From: Dimargaris cristalligena
Lineage: Eukaryota
Reading direction: 5' to 3'
NCBI GenBank assembly: GCA_003614675.1
Contig: ML002232.1
Coordinates: 1 to 64,000, forward strand
Length of the DNA: 64,000 nt
Part shown: positions 25,491 through 37,636 of the stretch, piece after piece
How positions within the stretch are numbered: position 1 is the stretch's first letter
Layout of the letters: the number at the start of each line of letters is the position of its first letter
The notes under the pieces: model-generated
What the model was told of the DNA's origin: nothing
Seen by the model: only the letters and a program-made list of their open reading frames with translations
The model's database searches: none
Translations under genes and position numbers: made by a program

Positions 25491-27195
25491 GGTGTCGAAT
25501 AGGGAGGGGGGGACAATATGATAAACGGAATAGAATAAAACTAACCCTTTTTCTTTTTAAAAAAATAGAACCGAACTAACGTAAAAGTATGTGGGAGTGG
25601 GTATGCACCAGGAAGGAATGGAGGTTATAAGGTGAGAAAGAGAGGAAGGAGGCGGGCGGTGTGGAAAGTGCGAGAGAATAGAGTCCCTACGTAAAGAAGG
25701 GAGTGTGGTGACGTATAATATGCTATGTAGCCTGGGAGGACACCTGATAAAGTAAGTAAGTAAGTAGGGTTGGCTATATGCGCATAGGGGAAAGGAGAGA
25801 ACAATTAAGAGAAACCAGACCGGGGCGAGTCATAGACGAGGGTTTGTGGTAAGAATGCGGGGGCGAGGTGGTGTGTACTGTTGAAGGATCATTTAGAACC
25901 CAACTGAGACCTGTGGGGAGTTGAGGCCAACGAAAGTATTGACCGGTCTGCTGTCCTTAAACCATATCCCCCCCTCCTCCCGTCAAGTCGCTGCTATTAT
26001 TCAATGAACTACAATGGTATGAGGAGGAGGATTGGGGGGGCATCATCGACTAACAATAGCCCCAGGGATTGTTTATTTGTATGAGTGGGCGACGCTTTTC
26101 GCAAGTTGAAATCGAATGCCAAGCGTCGGTGAGCGTCACACCAGTCCCTAACCTATAGGGCATACTACCCCCCCCCATTTGCCAAGTCAAGTCTTACCCA
26201 CAATACCTTCGCTAATTGGCCGAATGTGGTCATGTATTTTAATGCCCAAGAAAAGAAGTAAGGGACAGTGGTGCCGTCATTAATTGCATGGTATCGACGA
26301 ACGATTTTCAGAGGCAATTACGCCCCGAAAAATAAAAGCGTCTGCCACTATGATTGCTACTGCAGTTCCCGGTGTAAGCCCCCGGGATCTCTGGAATGGC
26401 TTGGACTTAATGGTAGAGTCCCAGTCTACTAATTTCCTTGCCCATGGGCCCCTTTTGTGTCGCGTATATGAGGTAAATCGATTCGATATATTTAATTATA
26501 TACAAGGGACCTCTCTCGCCCGTGTCTCTCTGCTTACGCTCCGCCGCCACCTTTGAGTTGAGCCTTCAACAGCTCTGGACCGTATGTTTATTAAAGTTAA
26601 ACGAGCGACGGGTATCATTGGTATGCATGGAGAGGGAGGAGTTGAAAATGCGACGTAAAAGAGATGTGTGAATGGTAGGTAAGATATATATGGGGGGAGG
26701 TGGGATATTAGTAAAAGAATATAAATGGCAAATAATCCAAACCATGAAAACTTGTAAATATAAAGTAGAATTGGATTGGGTAGGTCGTCGACTTGACCTA
26801 AGGAGCGATTCAGTAGGCATCCCTATTTATAAAACCCTTATTGTGTGGTCAATCCATTCTTAATAATCGGGATATACCAGTAGAAATACTTATGATATAA
26901 AAGAAATAATTAAAATCGCGGTGGATCACTTGGAAAAGTATATATTCGACGGTGGGCTAAAATATTGAATAAATAATAATTAAATGAATCGATTTCATAA
27001 CTTATATATTTTTAAAAGGGGGAAAGGTGTGTGGATATGGGATAGAGGAGGCGAGGGCAGGAAGGGGGGGGGACAAAAATCACTAATGGCATCGATATTC
27101 ATACAAAATCCGCCCGAAGAGAGAAAAAAAAGGGAAGAGTGAGAGAGGGTGGGTAACATTGGCATCACCATCATTCGACAAGCCGGTTTTCACTG

Positions 27196-29883
27196 TCACG
27201 TTAGACGCAAAGGTATGGACAGAGGATCGGATGAAATGGGAATCCGTTCGGATACAATCATGTTACTTGTGGTCCGCGGGCGAAAGTCCTGGGTGGGAGT
27301 ATAGGGGCGGGACGTAGGGGCCGACGTGACCATGATACGGGGGTGTGGTGGGGCAGCAGCCATGGCGGCGGCGGTGGGAGGAGGGGTAAAGTAGGCAAAT
27401 TTCATGGATGCCTCGGCCGTAGCTGACCCTAACCCTGCGCCGATTCCACCCCCACTTCCCATGGTGAGCTCCTCAATCAGCGTAGACCCGGAATGGCGCC
27501 CGGTGAAACGCGGCGAAAAGGACGGGGATGATAGATCCGCCGTCGTTCCCTGGGAGTACGTGGAGCCCAACGACGTGGTACGGCTAAACGGGGCCGAAGG
27601 GGGGTGCAGCCGTTCCACACGCACAGCGTGACGGGCCGACTGCAGGTGGTTGAGTTGCATGCGCTCGTTTTCGAGCTGGCGGTTGGCCAGGCTCTGTAGG
27701 GTCCGTAGTAAATCGCGGGTGCGGTTTTGTTCAAATACTTTGATTTCCGTGTCCGTGTGGTTTTGGCTGGCGATAAGCTCCGTCTTGACCTCATTGAGTT
27801 TGGCCGTAGCATCCCGAATCGTTTCGTGCACTTCGGCAGCAGCGCAGCTCTGTCGTTCCTGAATACGCTCCCACTGGCCAAGCGCCCGTTCGCAGTGGTT
27901 GAGGGCGGATGAGTAGTTCATCAGCTTCTGCGTTCGGTGGTTTACCACCGTCTATTCAAGTGAGATAAAGGGAATCGGTTGGTTTGGCTAAAATACGGGT
28001 TAATAAACGAGAATGGCAGCCTCCTTAGGGGGTAAGGGAGAGTCGGTGAGTTCAGAGGTTATTGGAATTCGCATGACAGCCCCGGCTCAATGCCGGCTGA
28101 CCATAGTGACAATAACTGGATTAATTATACCACCGACCTTAACGGAATTATATTGCTGGGCATATTCAAACAACATGTCGGTTAAACAATTGGTCTGCCA
28201 TTCGGCTTGGTCAATTGATAAGTCCCGAATGTCGTCTAAACAAATGGCCAGGGTGTTGGTTTGTCGGTCGAAGCGTTTGTGATGGGGTAGGAAGAATTGC
28301 CGATGGGTGCTGCCCCCTAATAAATGCCGGGAATGCAGAGCCTGCAGGGCCAAATCACCGGTCGTCGAAAGCTGTTTACTCAAGTCTACCATTCGGACGA
28401 GCGGATTTAAGAATCATTCGGGTGTAAAAAAATGTGGCGTCAGTGAGAGGTGTGAGGGCGAGTATCGCTTAGTGGCCACAGGAGTAGTAGTACTCTACCA
28501 ATGGACGAGCAATAGTATACACAAGCCAAAACCAGTTGGACTAGCGTTACATGTATTACACATGCGGTGCACTATGGAAAATGGGCTTTTGCATACCTTT
28601 TTGAGCGCGGGTAAGTTGGTCAAGTCGGGTGGCGGTATGGTGGTAGTGGGTTTGGAGTGCAGCAATGTAAGTTTGCTGGGTAATAAATCGAGACTGGTCA
28701 ATCTAGGTTGGTGATAAATGGTGTTTGGAGAATAAAGATATCTATTAGAATAGATTCAAGCCACGGTTGGGCAATAGGCGTGAATTAAGGAGATGCCGGA
28801 ATTGCGCCTCCACGGGAATGCCATTGTAAATGGATATCATTATATACAAACATAAAAGAATACTCTGAATGAACTTACCCCTTCTAAGGGTTCCGAGAAG
28901 TCGAATTTCCGGAATTCGACATCGGTGGTTTTGGGGTTCAAGCGCCGAAGAGTCAGGCGGGACAGGTATCCTGGCCGGTCATTAGCCGTATGGGTTGGGC
29001 ACTGAATGGGGGTGATGAACAAAAAACACAAGGAATTCCGAGTTCCAGGATAGGGTTGAACGATGATAACCAGAAGATAGGGGGGTTAATAAATGATGCC
29101 AGTTTTGGGAAGGGTAAAACCATACCCAAAGTATACTATTGTGCTAAGAGGGATTCAAGGGAGACGACGGGGGATAACCTAAAGCCGCGGTATAAGAGAG
29201 GGCACCACTTACCATATTTTCGGATAAAAAGTGGAGCATAGGGGGTGAGTTCATAATAGCCGCCCGCGAACTCAACCGTCGCAGATACCGATCCATTTGG
29301 CGGCGTTTACGCTCAATGGCGGTCTTGTGGTCCAGCGAGTCCGGGTCGAGCCGCTCGGGAATGCAGGGTAGAGCCATGGGTGGCTGGGTAGCACCCGCCA
29401 TGAACATTTGGGTCAGCTGCGAGTGGAGCCAGCTCACCTGCTGGTGGGTCCGGTAAATCGGTGACACCAATGTGACGTTGTTAACACAAAGGCCTACAAG
29501 GTCGGTGCCCTTGGGTCGTGAACCCTGTGAGCAGGAAAAGGTGGGGCAGGAGCCAGATACAATAGACGGAGTCAGAGAATAGAGTTAGTACTGCGCGCAT
29601 GGGAGGGTTGTGGTTTGCTAAGCTTCGGAGCAGGGGTCTGGGTTTAGGCCCCCCAGTAGTCGGCCAATGGATCCCTCTTTCCCTATCCTACGGGTCGGAA
29701 GGGGGCTGAGCTGGGCCCATTGGGTTGGGAAGGAACCCCATTTGCGGGCTGGATATGGAAATAGGGGTTCTGGTCCCGAGGGGAGGACAGAACTAGACCC
29801 GTCCAATTAACCGAATCTACCTGGATGAACTACCACAACCACAACCACAACCACAACCACAACCACAACCACTACCACTACCA

Positions 29884-29914
<31 letters not shown>

Positions 29915-30038
29915 CACTACTAAATGGGCGGCTATATAAACAACAGGTGTTTACCTCTTGGGTGAGAGTGACCCGGAAGGTCAGGGTGGTGGTGCCTGCC
30001 GTGACCGCTGCGTCGGGTACAGCCAGAGAAAGGACCAT
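27196..30038 (-). CDS. PX-BAR sorting nexin-like protein (~542 aa); exons 30038-29955, 29524-29213, 29001-28879, 28702-28597, 28385-28138, 27951-27196
   Basis: PX-like segment IYRTHQQVSWLHSQL...LPCIPE...IERKRRQMDRYLRRL...MLHFL followed by BAR-like helices (LTDMLFEYAQQYNSVK/TVVNHR...EIKVFEQNRTRDLLRTL). All introns GT-AG and phase-consistent. Confidence 0.8.
29829..29921. repeat. Compound microsatellite (ACAACC)n-(ACTACC)n-(ACT)n in intron 1 of the sorting nexin
   Basis: Directly visible graded repeat. Confidence 0.9.
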
Positions 30039-33000
30039 GGCGAACGGTGGGCGGAGTTGGAAAGGTGGTATAAGCAATCGAGAATAAAAATAGAAACAGG
30101 AATATAAATATAAATAGAAATAGAGATAGAAAGTGACGCGGTAAGCAGCGCAGAACCAGCTAGGGGAAGGGATAAGTAGGGCGGCTAGCTGAACGAACTG
30201 GCAAAGAACTGGAAGAGGGGCCAAGGAACGGCGAACGCTGCAGGTAGAGAAGTGAAGTGAAGAGTGAATGGAAGTGAAGGTGAACTTGTCAATAGAATAG
30301 GGATGAGAGATGGTCTCGGGAAGAGCCCGCCAAGTGTATGTTGTATGTGATAGAGAGAACCCCGAAATAATAAACAGTAGAGTAAGGGAGAATGAGGTAA
30401 AGACAGGTAGTGGACTGCGCTAACATTGATAGATAGCTAGACAATCCTGAGTCGCGGAGGGCTTCTGCCTAGAGAAGTATCGAAAGGCGTATCAAGCGCG
30501 GTAGTTAGTGGGCCGAGCGGGGAAACACAGAATGGAAGAAACGACGCACACGAGGTAAAGAAGGGCTGCCGAGGGGCATGAAAAGGGGAGGGCCAGGGTT
30601 GTTCGGCACAGTCGCACATCTCCCTCTCCCTTTCCCCTCCTCAGCTATAGCACGCAGGTGTGCATCGGCGGCTATTTAAAACTCCCTTCCGCACATTTAC
30701 AGACCCAAACTATCCCTAATGACATTATATATATATATATATATATATAAGCAAGGAGTCGGCGAACCGGTAAGGAATGAAGAGGGGGGGAAGACCACCA
30801 TGCTCCTTTGGTTTCCCAGATATGTATGAAGCACTGCAATAATGCTGGAAATATCCCCAGATAGGGCTGGTTTTGCTGCACGCAACATGTATCAGGGGTG
30901 ACAAATAAACAGCTTGCAGTAGGGGAGCCCCGTTGTAGAGGCAAGCTGCTGCATTTCACCCCGTCGTTAAAGGCGCGAGTCTCCTATATAGAAAAAGCGG
31001 CCAGATCCAAGGAATATGAAAAAAAAATTGCCAAGGGAATTCTAAACCAAGCCCCCCAATGGTTGGATCAGTTTGAGGGAATAAACCACGCTTTGCGTAG
31101 GCGGCGTTAGTAAGGGAGGAGAGAGCCAAACCCAGTCAGTAGTCGCCGACTGTTCGAGTAGATTATACTCCATTTTAAGTAAATGACTGGACTATTGTCA
31201 TGGCCTAAATAACTCACCAAACTTCTATTGTGGGCACCATGCCACACCCGCCCATGACCCATAACATCATTGCAATTCTCAATATTTATCACCATACCAA
31301 GCCCCAAGGCTATTCCCGCCATTGTTCCTTGGTTTCTATTGGGACAATCCAGGGGGAAGAGGGGGAGGGCAGCGGCCCTACCCAGCTGATAACCGCTCTC
31401 TTCTTCGAAATAACGGCTTCTCGAACGGTGCAAAGAAAGAGAGAGAGAGTGTGAGACTCCATGCGCACCAAATTTGAACCACTCCCCTTGGCCCACCGCC
31501 ATCACGCTGACCCCCTTCCTCTTCCAGTTTGGCGACAGGAACGGATCCGGGGGCAAGGATGGAAACGAGTGCTATAATAGGTAGGATAGGAAAATGAAGG
31601 AAGGGGTCGTCAATCCTGCTGTCCTAAAATAACCACAATGAGTTTAGGAGCAGCAGCAAGTTAGGGAGAAGAGTGATTGGAGAAGGAATGGGCGAATAAT
31701 GGAGAGAGAGAGAGAGGGGCCGGGTGGCCTATTTTTAGCGTCCAGTCATTCGGAGTTGGATAGTTGGGATGTGCTCATCTGGAGCAACATCGGGACGAGC
31801 GACTGGGGGTCATCTACGCCTATTTAGAGGCCCCTTCCTTGGCCACACTGTATGTACATACATTTACAGTCCGTTTTTTCTATTTTATTTTACTCTATTG
31901 TAGTTTAGCCATACGGCTCAACAGAGGTACCTGATAAGGTGGTTCAGTCCACAGCCTCTCCTCCTTTCATTTGCTTGCGTCTGTACAAGTAGTATGTAAA
32001 GGGGAGTAGCTACACTCTAACCAGATAGGCCGCGATAATCAAATAGGGAAAAGTGACCCCCTTTCCGTCAGCTTGTGCTTCGACCCATATTAAGGCACAA
32101 CGGCCTAGAGTGGGCGCCCGATACCTTGGATAGAGCTGTATAACCGCCAAAAAAGCGGAAACTTCCTTTCACCGACCGGGCCCTATCTGTGCCTAACCTT
32201 CCATTTGTTTTCTTCTCTCTGTCTCTCCCTCTCGGGGCCATTTCCCTATTGGGGTAATGCACGAAGCGCTGCTTATCGACCCAGCGAGGGAGGGAAGGTC
32301 AGGTTGGCCACTCAAAACCTTGGCGGGCTGGTCACCTGAGTGTCGCACCTGCGTAACCTTGGCATCTCAAATTTCCAACCGAGGCGAGGGTATACACGTC
32401 TCTGCATTCTATTCTTTTTAACCAACGTATCAAGATGAAAGGAAGTTTACGGAGGCTTGGTAGGCCCTGGATATATCGACTTGATCTTATAAATTATGGT
32501 TTAAAAGTATCGGTAGGTTCGTTTCAAATCGCCTAGTTTAGGCCATTTGGTTCAATCAGCGGGTCATTTCCAGGCATTTGATTTAACTAAATCTGCCTCC
32601 AATCACCCCCCTAAGAATTGGTCACCAGGCAACCGCAATTCTAGCAATATCAATAACTTAATATAAGCCTGCAATAATGCCATTTGAGCGAAAGATCGCA
32701 TCTACCTAAAAAGTCAAATTCACCGATTCGGGCAGAGTAACAGCAAGGTACCTCTTACCTACTCGCTCTTACTCTTATCCACAGGAACTTCCCCCACTTT
32801 GCTTCCGCGTCGCGCCACTCACACCACCACCCCTACACCTGTTTCTTCGCCACCTATCACCCTAGCCGATTCTATTACTACCCGTTTTTTTTGGCTTGAA
32901 ATATCAAGTAAAATTTGCTTTCGAGTGAATCATAATTCGACCTGATGGCCAAGGTTTGAGACTCTGTGCGACATGTGCCAATGTCTTCTTGATATGGCTT

Positions 33001-33649
33001 CATACCTAGGAGCATGGATTAGACTATCTCACTGCTCTGTGTCCCTACTATACTATAGCGTCAAATGGCTTTTGAATCTTTAGAAGTCTGCCCCACGTCC
33101 TAACGAGGCGTCAGCATTGGTGGAGGTGGTGGCGGCGGTAGGGAAAAAGCGCAGCCAAGCCCTCTCTCCTTTTCTTCTCCCTCCCAAGTTAGTCACCGAT
33201 GGTCGCACCGTCTGTTTGGCAACCTATCCGCCGTCGTTATTCAAAGATGGCTATTACATCGGTCGGTAATATGTGACTCATAGCATGGACCCATGATGAA
33301 TTTTTCCTGGTCAGAATTCTAATATTTCCCTGACGTTTCATAGGTATTACGTGACATGGGCTAAAATAAGATCATATATATATTCAGAGTCGGTCGGTCC
33401 CAGGAATGCATCTTCAGACCATCCCTCCAAAATTAACCATTTAGATGATTTAATGACCCGAGCCACACCAGTTCGTTTGTAAATAATACGAGCCCAGTCA
33501 TTCGAGTTTTTATTTCATTCATCTATATCTAATTCCGTAAGCCTAAACCAAGGCATTCTATTCGGAAAATCAGCATTTCTCTATATTCTAAACAGCGGGC
33601 TATACTTCCACTTAGGTCCATTATTAGTTTGTGACCCACCAGCGTCATC

Positions 33650-34510
33650 ATGTATTTATCCTGGGTTAGTATTTTGGCGTCGGCCTATTCGAGCGTGTAC
33701 ATGGTTCAAGCGGCGCCCGTCACTGGCTCGCAACAGCCCCCAATTTCCCAGGCCGTAGTTCTACGGACGCCATCCCCCAGGGGCTATTCCCGCCCGAGCC
33801 ACAGCTCCCACACCCCTACCCATTCCGATCTCAACCCGGTGAGTAGTTTCGACCGTATTCTGTTTAACCCCGACCCAATTCAATCCAGCTACTATCAACA
33901 GTCTTTCGATGACGAATACAGTGATAGCGAGGACGACACGGATTTTGTGCAAATTCCCCGAATGACCGGAATCCCCCCGGCCGATTTCCCCCCGCTGCGC
34001 CGCGGGTCCGCGTCTTTCATAGCCGGCGGTAGCTCTATCCTAAAATCCGCCCTGGGTTTCTTCAGTTCGCGGCCGTGCCCCCCACCACTGCCGCTATCGA
34101 CCACCTCCTTGACCGCCCGTCGGCGACTTACTGAACATTCGACCTCCTCCCATTCGTCAGCCAACGACCTGGACGCCTTTTTAGACCTGGTGGATTTTAT
34201 GAAGGACTCGCAGCCGGCCTCCTTCCGAACCGAAACCACCGCCACCACGAACGGTGGGGGCGATGGCGACGGTGACGGCTGTTTTTTGGCTCGGTCCCGC
34301 TGGGAGGATTTAGAGCGGGCCTTCGACTACCATCGGAAAATGGCCCACATGGGCTCAGATCAATCCCTCTCCACAGTCCCGGAACAGACCGACGGAACTC
34401 ACACTCCTTTACCCTGTCCGGATGCTAGTATCGAGGCGATGAATCAGGAATTCACCCCCACTTGCAGCCAGAATTCCGGGAAGTTGAACTCTAAACCTCC
34501 CCAGCCCTAG
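33650..34510 (+). CDS. Secreted, largely disordered protein of unknown function (286 aa)
   Basis: ATG in good context; signal peptide MYLSWVSILASAYSSVYMVQA|AP; Ser/Pro/acidic-rich body; GC-rich coding composition between AT-rich flanks. Confidence 0.75.
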   Translation: MYLSWVSILASAYSSVYMVQAAPVTGSQQPPISQAVVLRTPSPRGYSRPSHSSHTPTHSDLNPVSSFDRILFNPDPIQSSYYQQSFDDEYSDSEDDTDFVQIPRMTGIPPADFPPLRRGSASFIAGGSSILKSALGFFSSRPCPPPLPLSTTSLTARRRLTEHSTSSHSSANDLDAFLDLVDFMKDSQPASFRTETTATTNGGGDGDGDGCFLARSRWEDLERAFDYHRKMAHMGSDQSLSTVPEQTDGTHTPLPCPDASIEAMNQEFTPTCSQNSGKLNSKPPQP

Positions 34511-35884
34511 ACAAGAAATAAAAAAAGATTTCAGAAGCCATAGACGAATAAGTGGCATATGTTTTCTATAGAAGATATCCACCCTCTGAGCATTTTTTCG
34601 TTTTCCTTTTGCAGAAAGATCTATTTCGATTTCGATTTCTAAATTTAACAACATGTATTAGGAATAAACAACCTTTAGTGCCAGAATAACCAATGCCATA
34701 TATTTTTATTTGTCTCTGCAGATGATCTCTGTTAGATTTCGGCTGCATTTGGAAGTACCTGTCAGAGCATCAGGAGTTACCAATTGGGTCACATTGGGTG
34801 TCGAGCATGTCAAATTCCCAAAGGGAAGACAACCTAAGCACATGTATGCTAGACAATCTGGGCTTTACGCTGGGTCTATTATCACATTCAGAAATCGAGT
34901 GGTTTTCGACTAAACCCGAAAAAAATAAATAGATAAACACAAGCCACATTATCTATATCCCAAAATGACGTTGAAAAGTAGCGATTGAATAGTGGGGAAG
35001 GTTCGAATGGAAGATAGGATCTACTCAGTTATATACCGATTTATATATACTTGTTGGATTGCAAGATTCTTCGGTAAACAGTTGATCCGCCTGTTCTGAC
35101 ATCAACCTTACCCCCCCTGTAATGTCCTAAGCAGATGTATGGGGAGGAGGAGGAGGAGGAATGGGACATTATTTCCCTTTGAAAAAGAAACCGCTGCCTG
35201 CTACCAAACGCTCAGATGATCCATCAGCGGCCCGCTTATTGTTCAATTTCCGCATGGTTGGGTCGCACTTGTACCCTTAGCGGCTGGCCTAAAGACAGAG
35301 ACGTCAGCGCTCCTCCCCACTTTTCATTTCTTAGTTGGTGGGAATAGTTGGGTAGACGGGGTACAAAATATATAGGGAATGCCTCCTTTTGGGCTATTTA
35401 CGCCATTGCCGTCCGGTGGCTTCCGTTGAGATGAATGTAAGGAGAGGAGAGAAAGAGGGCATGGTAACTAGGATTGGATGATAGAGTTTTTTAATAACAG
35501 AAAGGGGCGAACGGAGAGGGAAGAGGCACCTTTGGTAATGGGAACGGGCGTCTAACCTTCTTAAGATGACCCAATGCACTTGATTTATTATAAGACAACG
35601 CCCTTGCGACCTTCTAGCATATATGACTACTATTGAAAACCTCTGCCTTCAATATCTATTTCAAAAGCCATACCCAGTCGTTTTAAACCGGAAGTCACTT
35701 ATTCTTCTGACGTAAAGCCTTTTCGCACTTGGCCTCTCGACTTGTTGTTCCCAATTTCTTCCTTCACCATAGGGCTTCCATCCACTAGGTTTTGATACCG
35801 TATTACACTCTGTCCGCATATTCATTTGATAACTATACACCCACTCGATTCCTTTGGGAAAAAAGGTAAAATTCGCTACACATC

Positions 35885-36427
35885 ATGCGACCAGTGCCCC
35901 TTCTAGTTAGTCTGTTGACCCTGACGGCCACCGTTACCGCCGCACTACCCGCGCACTCCATTTTTATTCCGAAATTGACGAAGAAGGAGCTGAAGGAAAA
36001 GCTACCCGCCCATGTCCTGCGCTCGCTTGGCAAACCCCACAACATGATATTCATTCCCGTACTGCCTCAGTCGTTTAGCGAGGCCTACTGGGCCACTAAA
36101 TTGGCCCCCCAACCCCAGTCCGAATCCGAACCGGCCTCCCCCCTCCTTGCCAACCCCGCCAAGTCGAAACAAGCCGAGGGAGTCGCTGAGGATAATATCC
36201 TACCCTTTTCGTCATCATCCACGATCCACGAAGGAAATGCCCGATACTGGAACACAGGGGAAGAGGAGGTAGAGGGGTCAGATGAGGAGTACGTGGCAAC
36301 CCCGCGAAACCATCGCGAATATTTCGATTCAGCCAGGCGCGAGCAGTTAACGCACGAAGACTACGAATATGCTATCATTGCCGAAGGGGTTCGTCGGTTT
36401 GCGTATGGGAAAGATACCAAACATTAG
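35885..36427 (+). CDS. Secreted protein of unknown function (180 aa)
   Basis: Signal peptide MRPVPLLVSLLTLTATVTA|ALP; no cysteines; acidic C-terminal half. Confidence 0.75.
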   Translation: MRPVPLLVSLLTLTATVTAALPAHSIFIPKLTKKELKEKLPAHVLRSLGKPHNMIFIPVLPQSFSEAYWATKLAPQPQSESEPASPLLANPAKSKQAEGVAEDNILPFSSSSTIHEGNARYWNTGEEEVEGSDEEYVATPRNHREYFDSARREQLTHEDYEYAIIAEGVRRFAYGKDTKH

Positions 36428-36753
36428 ACCCTCAACCCCACTCCACTCCACCCGTTCCGCGTCCACTAGACTATACTAGGGTTTTTGGCCCGCGCGTATG
36501 GGCATAGGCAGTCATTATACGGAGTCAGCCCCGCAATCATCAAGTAATTACCTATTTTATTATCCCAATGCCATATATATGCTATTAAATAACTAACGAA
36601 ATCGCTTCAGCTTAAATAAATCTACCGGAGGATGGACGGTAGATAGATGATGATGGCCCACTTCCATCGAAATGCAAAAACTCATAAAGAGTAGTTGTTA
36701 AAAAAAAATTGGCGAGGGAGGGTTTTAGTCAACCCAACAGGCTTACCAAGAGC

Positions 36754-37392
36754 TTAGTACAACCAGTCGGGCTGGGCCATGTAGGAGGGATATTTACGAC
36801 CGCGGCCGTGGCCGTAGCCGCGAGAGGAGGGTCCTTCATAGGACGACAGGTAAGGTCCGCGACGATCGCCTCCGTAACCACGATGGAATCCGTAAGACCG
36901 ATGAGGAGTGGGAGGGTATTGCCACTCATCCTGCAACCAGCTTCCCATACCCCACTCATCCTCGAATACATCACCCCACAGCGGCTCCCATTCTTCGTCC
37001 AGATCATCGAGAATATCACGCCGCTCGACATGCCGAGCCGACCTTTTATTTTTCATCGTGGCCGGATGGGTCAGGGGAGTATCATCCTCCTCCTGCCCAA
37101 CTCCCGGCTGTACTACGCCGGTCGGGGAGTTGGTAGTTTGGCGACGCCCGATGGTGGAGGGCTCGAATACCTGGGTGGTATTAGCATGCGGGGCCATGTC
37201 GCGTTGGGTAATCGCTGCGGCTGCCGTATCGGGCGAACCCACCAGGGTTCGGATAGTGGCCTGCACCGCCAGTTGGATGAGGTCGTCAATGGTGGGCGAA
37301 ACGGGGGCCGACCGGACGGTCTCGGGCCAGCGCGGCATCAGGAACCCGAGGGCCAGAATGGCGCAGGTCAGACGTAGTTGAATGAAGACCAT
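36754..37392 (-). CDS. Secreted precursor-like protein (212 aa) with dibasic sites, a Trp/acidic segment and a Gly/Tyr/Arg-rich tail
   Basis: Hydrophobic N-terminus ending VRS|AP; RR, KR and RR dibasic sites; TATAAAAA on the minus strand at 37570-37563. Confidence 0.75.
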   Translation of the reverse strand: MVFIQLRLTCAILALGFLMPRWPETVRSAPVSPTIDDLIQLAVQATIRTLVGSPDTAAAAITQRDMAPHANTTQVFEPSTIGRRQTTNSPTGVVQPGVGQEEDDTPLTHPATMKNKRSARHVERRDILDDLDEEWEPLWGDVFEDEWGMGSWLQDEWQYPPTPHRSYGFHRGYGGDRRGPYLSSYEGPSSRGYGHGRGRKYPSYMAQPDWLY

Positions 37393-37606
37393 GGTGCAAC
37401 TAGAGGGTAGTAAGTAAGTGGGGATGGGTTATATAAAACGCTGCTGGGTTGGGTGGTGGCAGTAGGGATTGATTAGTGAGAGTACCGGAGGAGTGAATTA
37501 AGCACTTGGTTAACTGCAAATCGCTGATTGACAAAACCAGAGGAATGGCGCCCGGATGTGGCTTTTTATAGATTGAATAAAGCACACCATCCCAGATATA
37601 CTGTTT

Positions 37607-37636
37607 CCCCCCCCCCCCCCCCCCCTCCCCCCCTCC
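37607..37636. repeat. Poly-C (poly-G on minus strand) tract
   Basis: C19-T-C7-T-C2 directly visible. Confidence 0.9.

Noticed and set aside
26395..26430. GACT-TAATGGTAG-AGTC hairpin resembling a tRNA D-arm
   Set aside because: No anticodon stem, T-arm or acceptor pairing follows.
36709..37377. 222-aa plus-strand ORF
   Set aside because: Overlaps the better-supported minus-strand secreted gene; TTG start.
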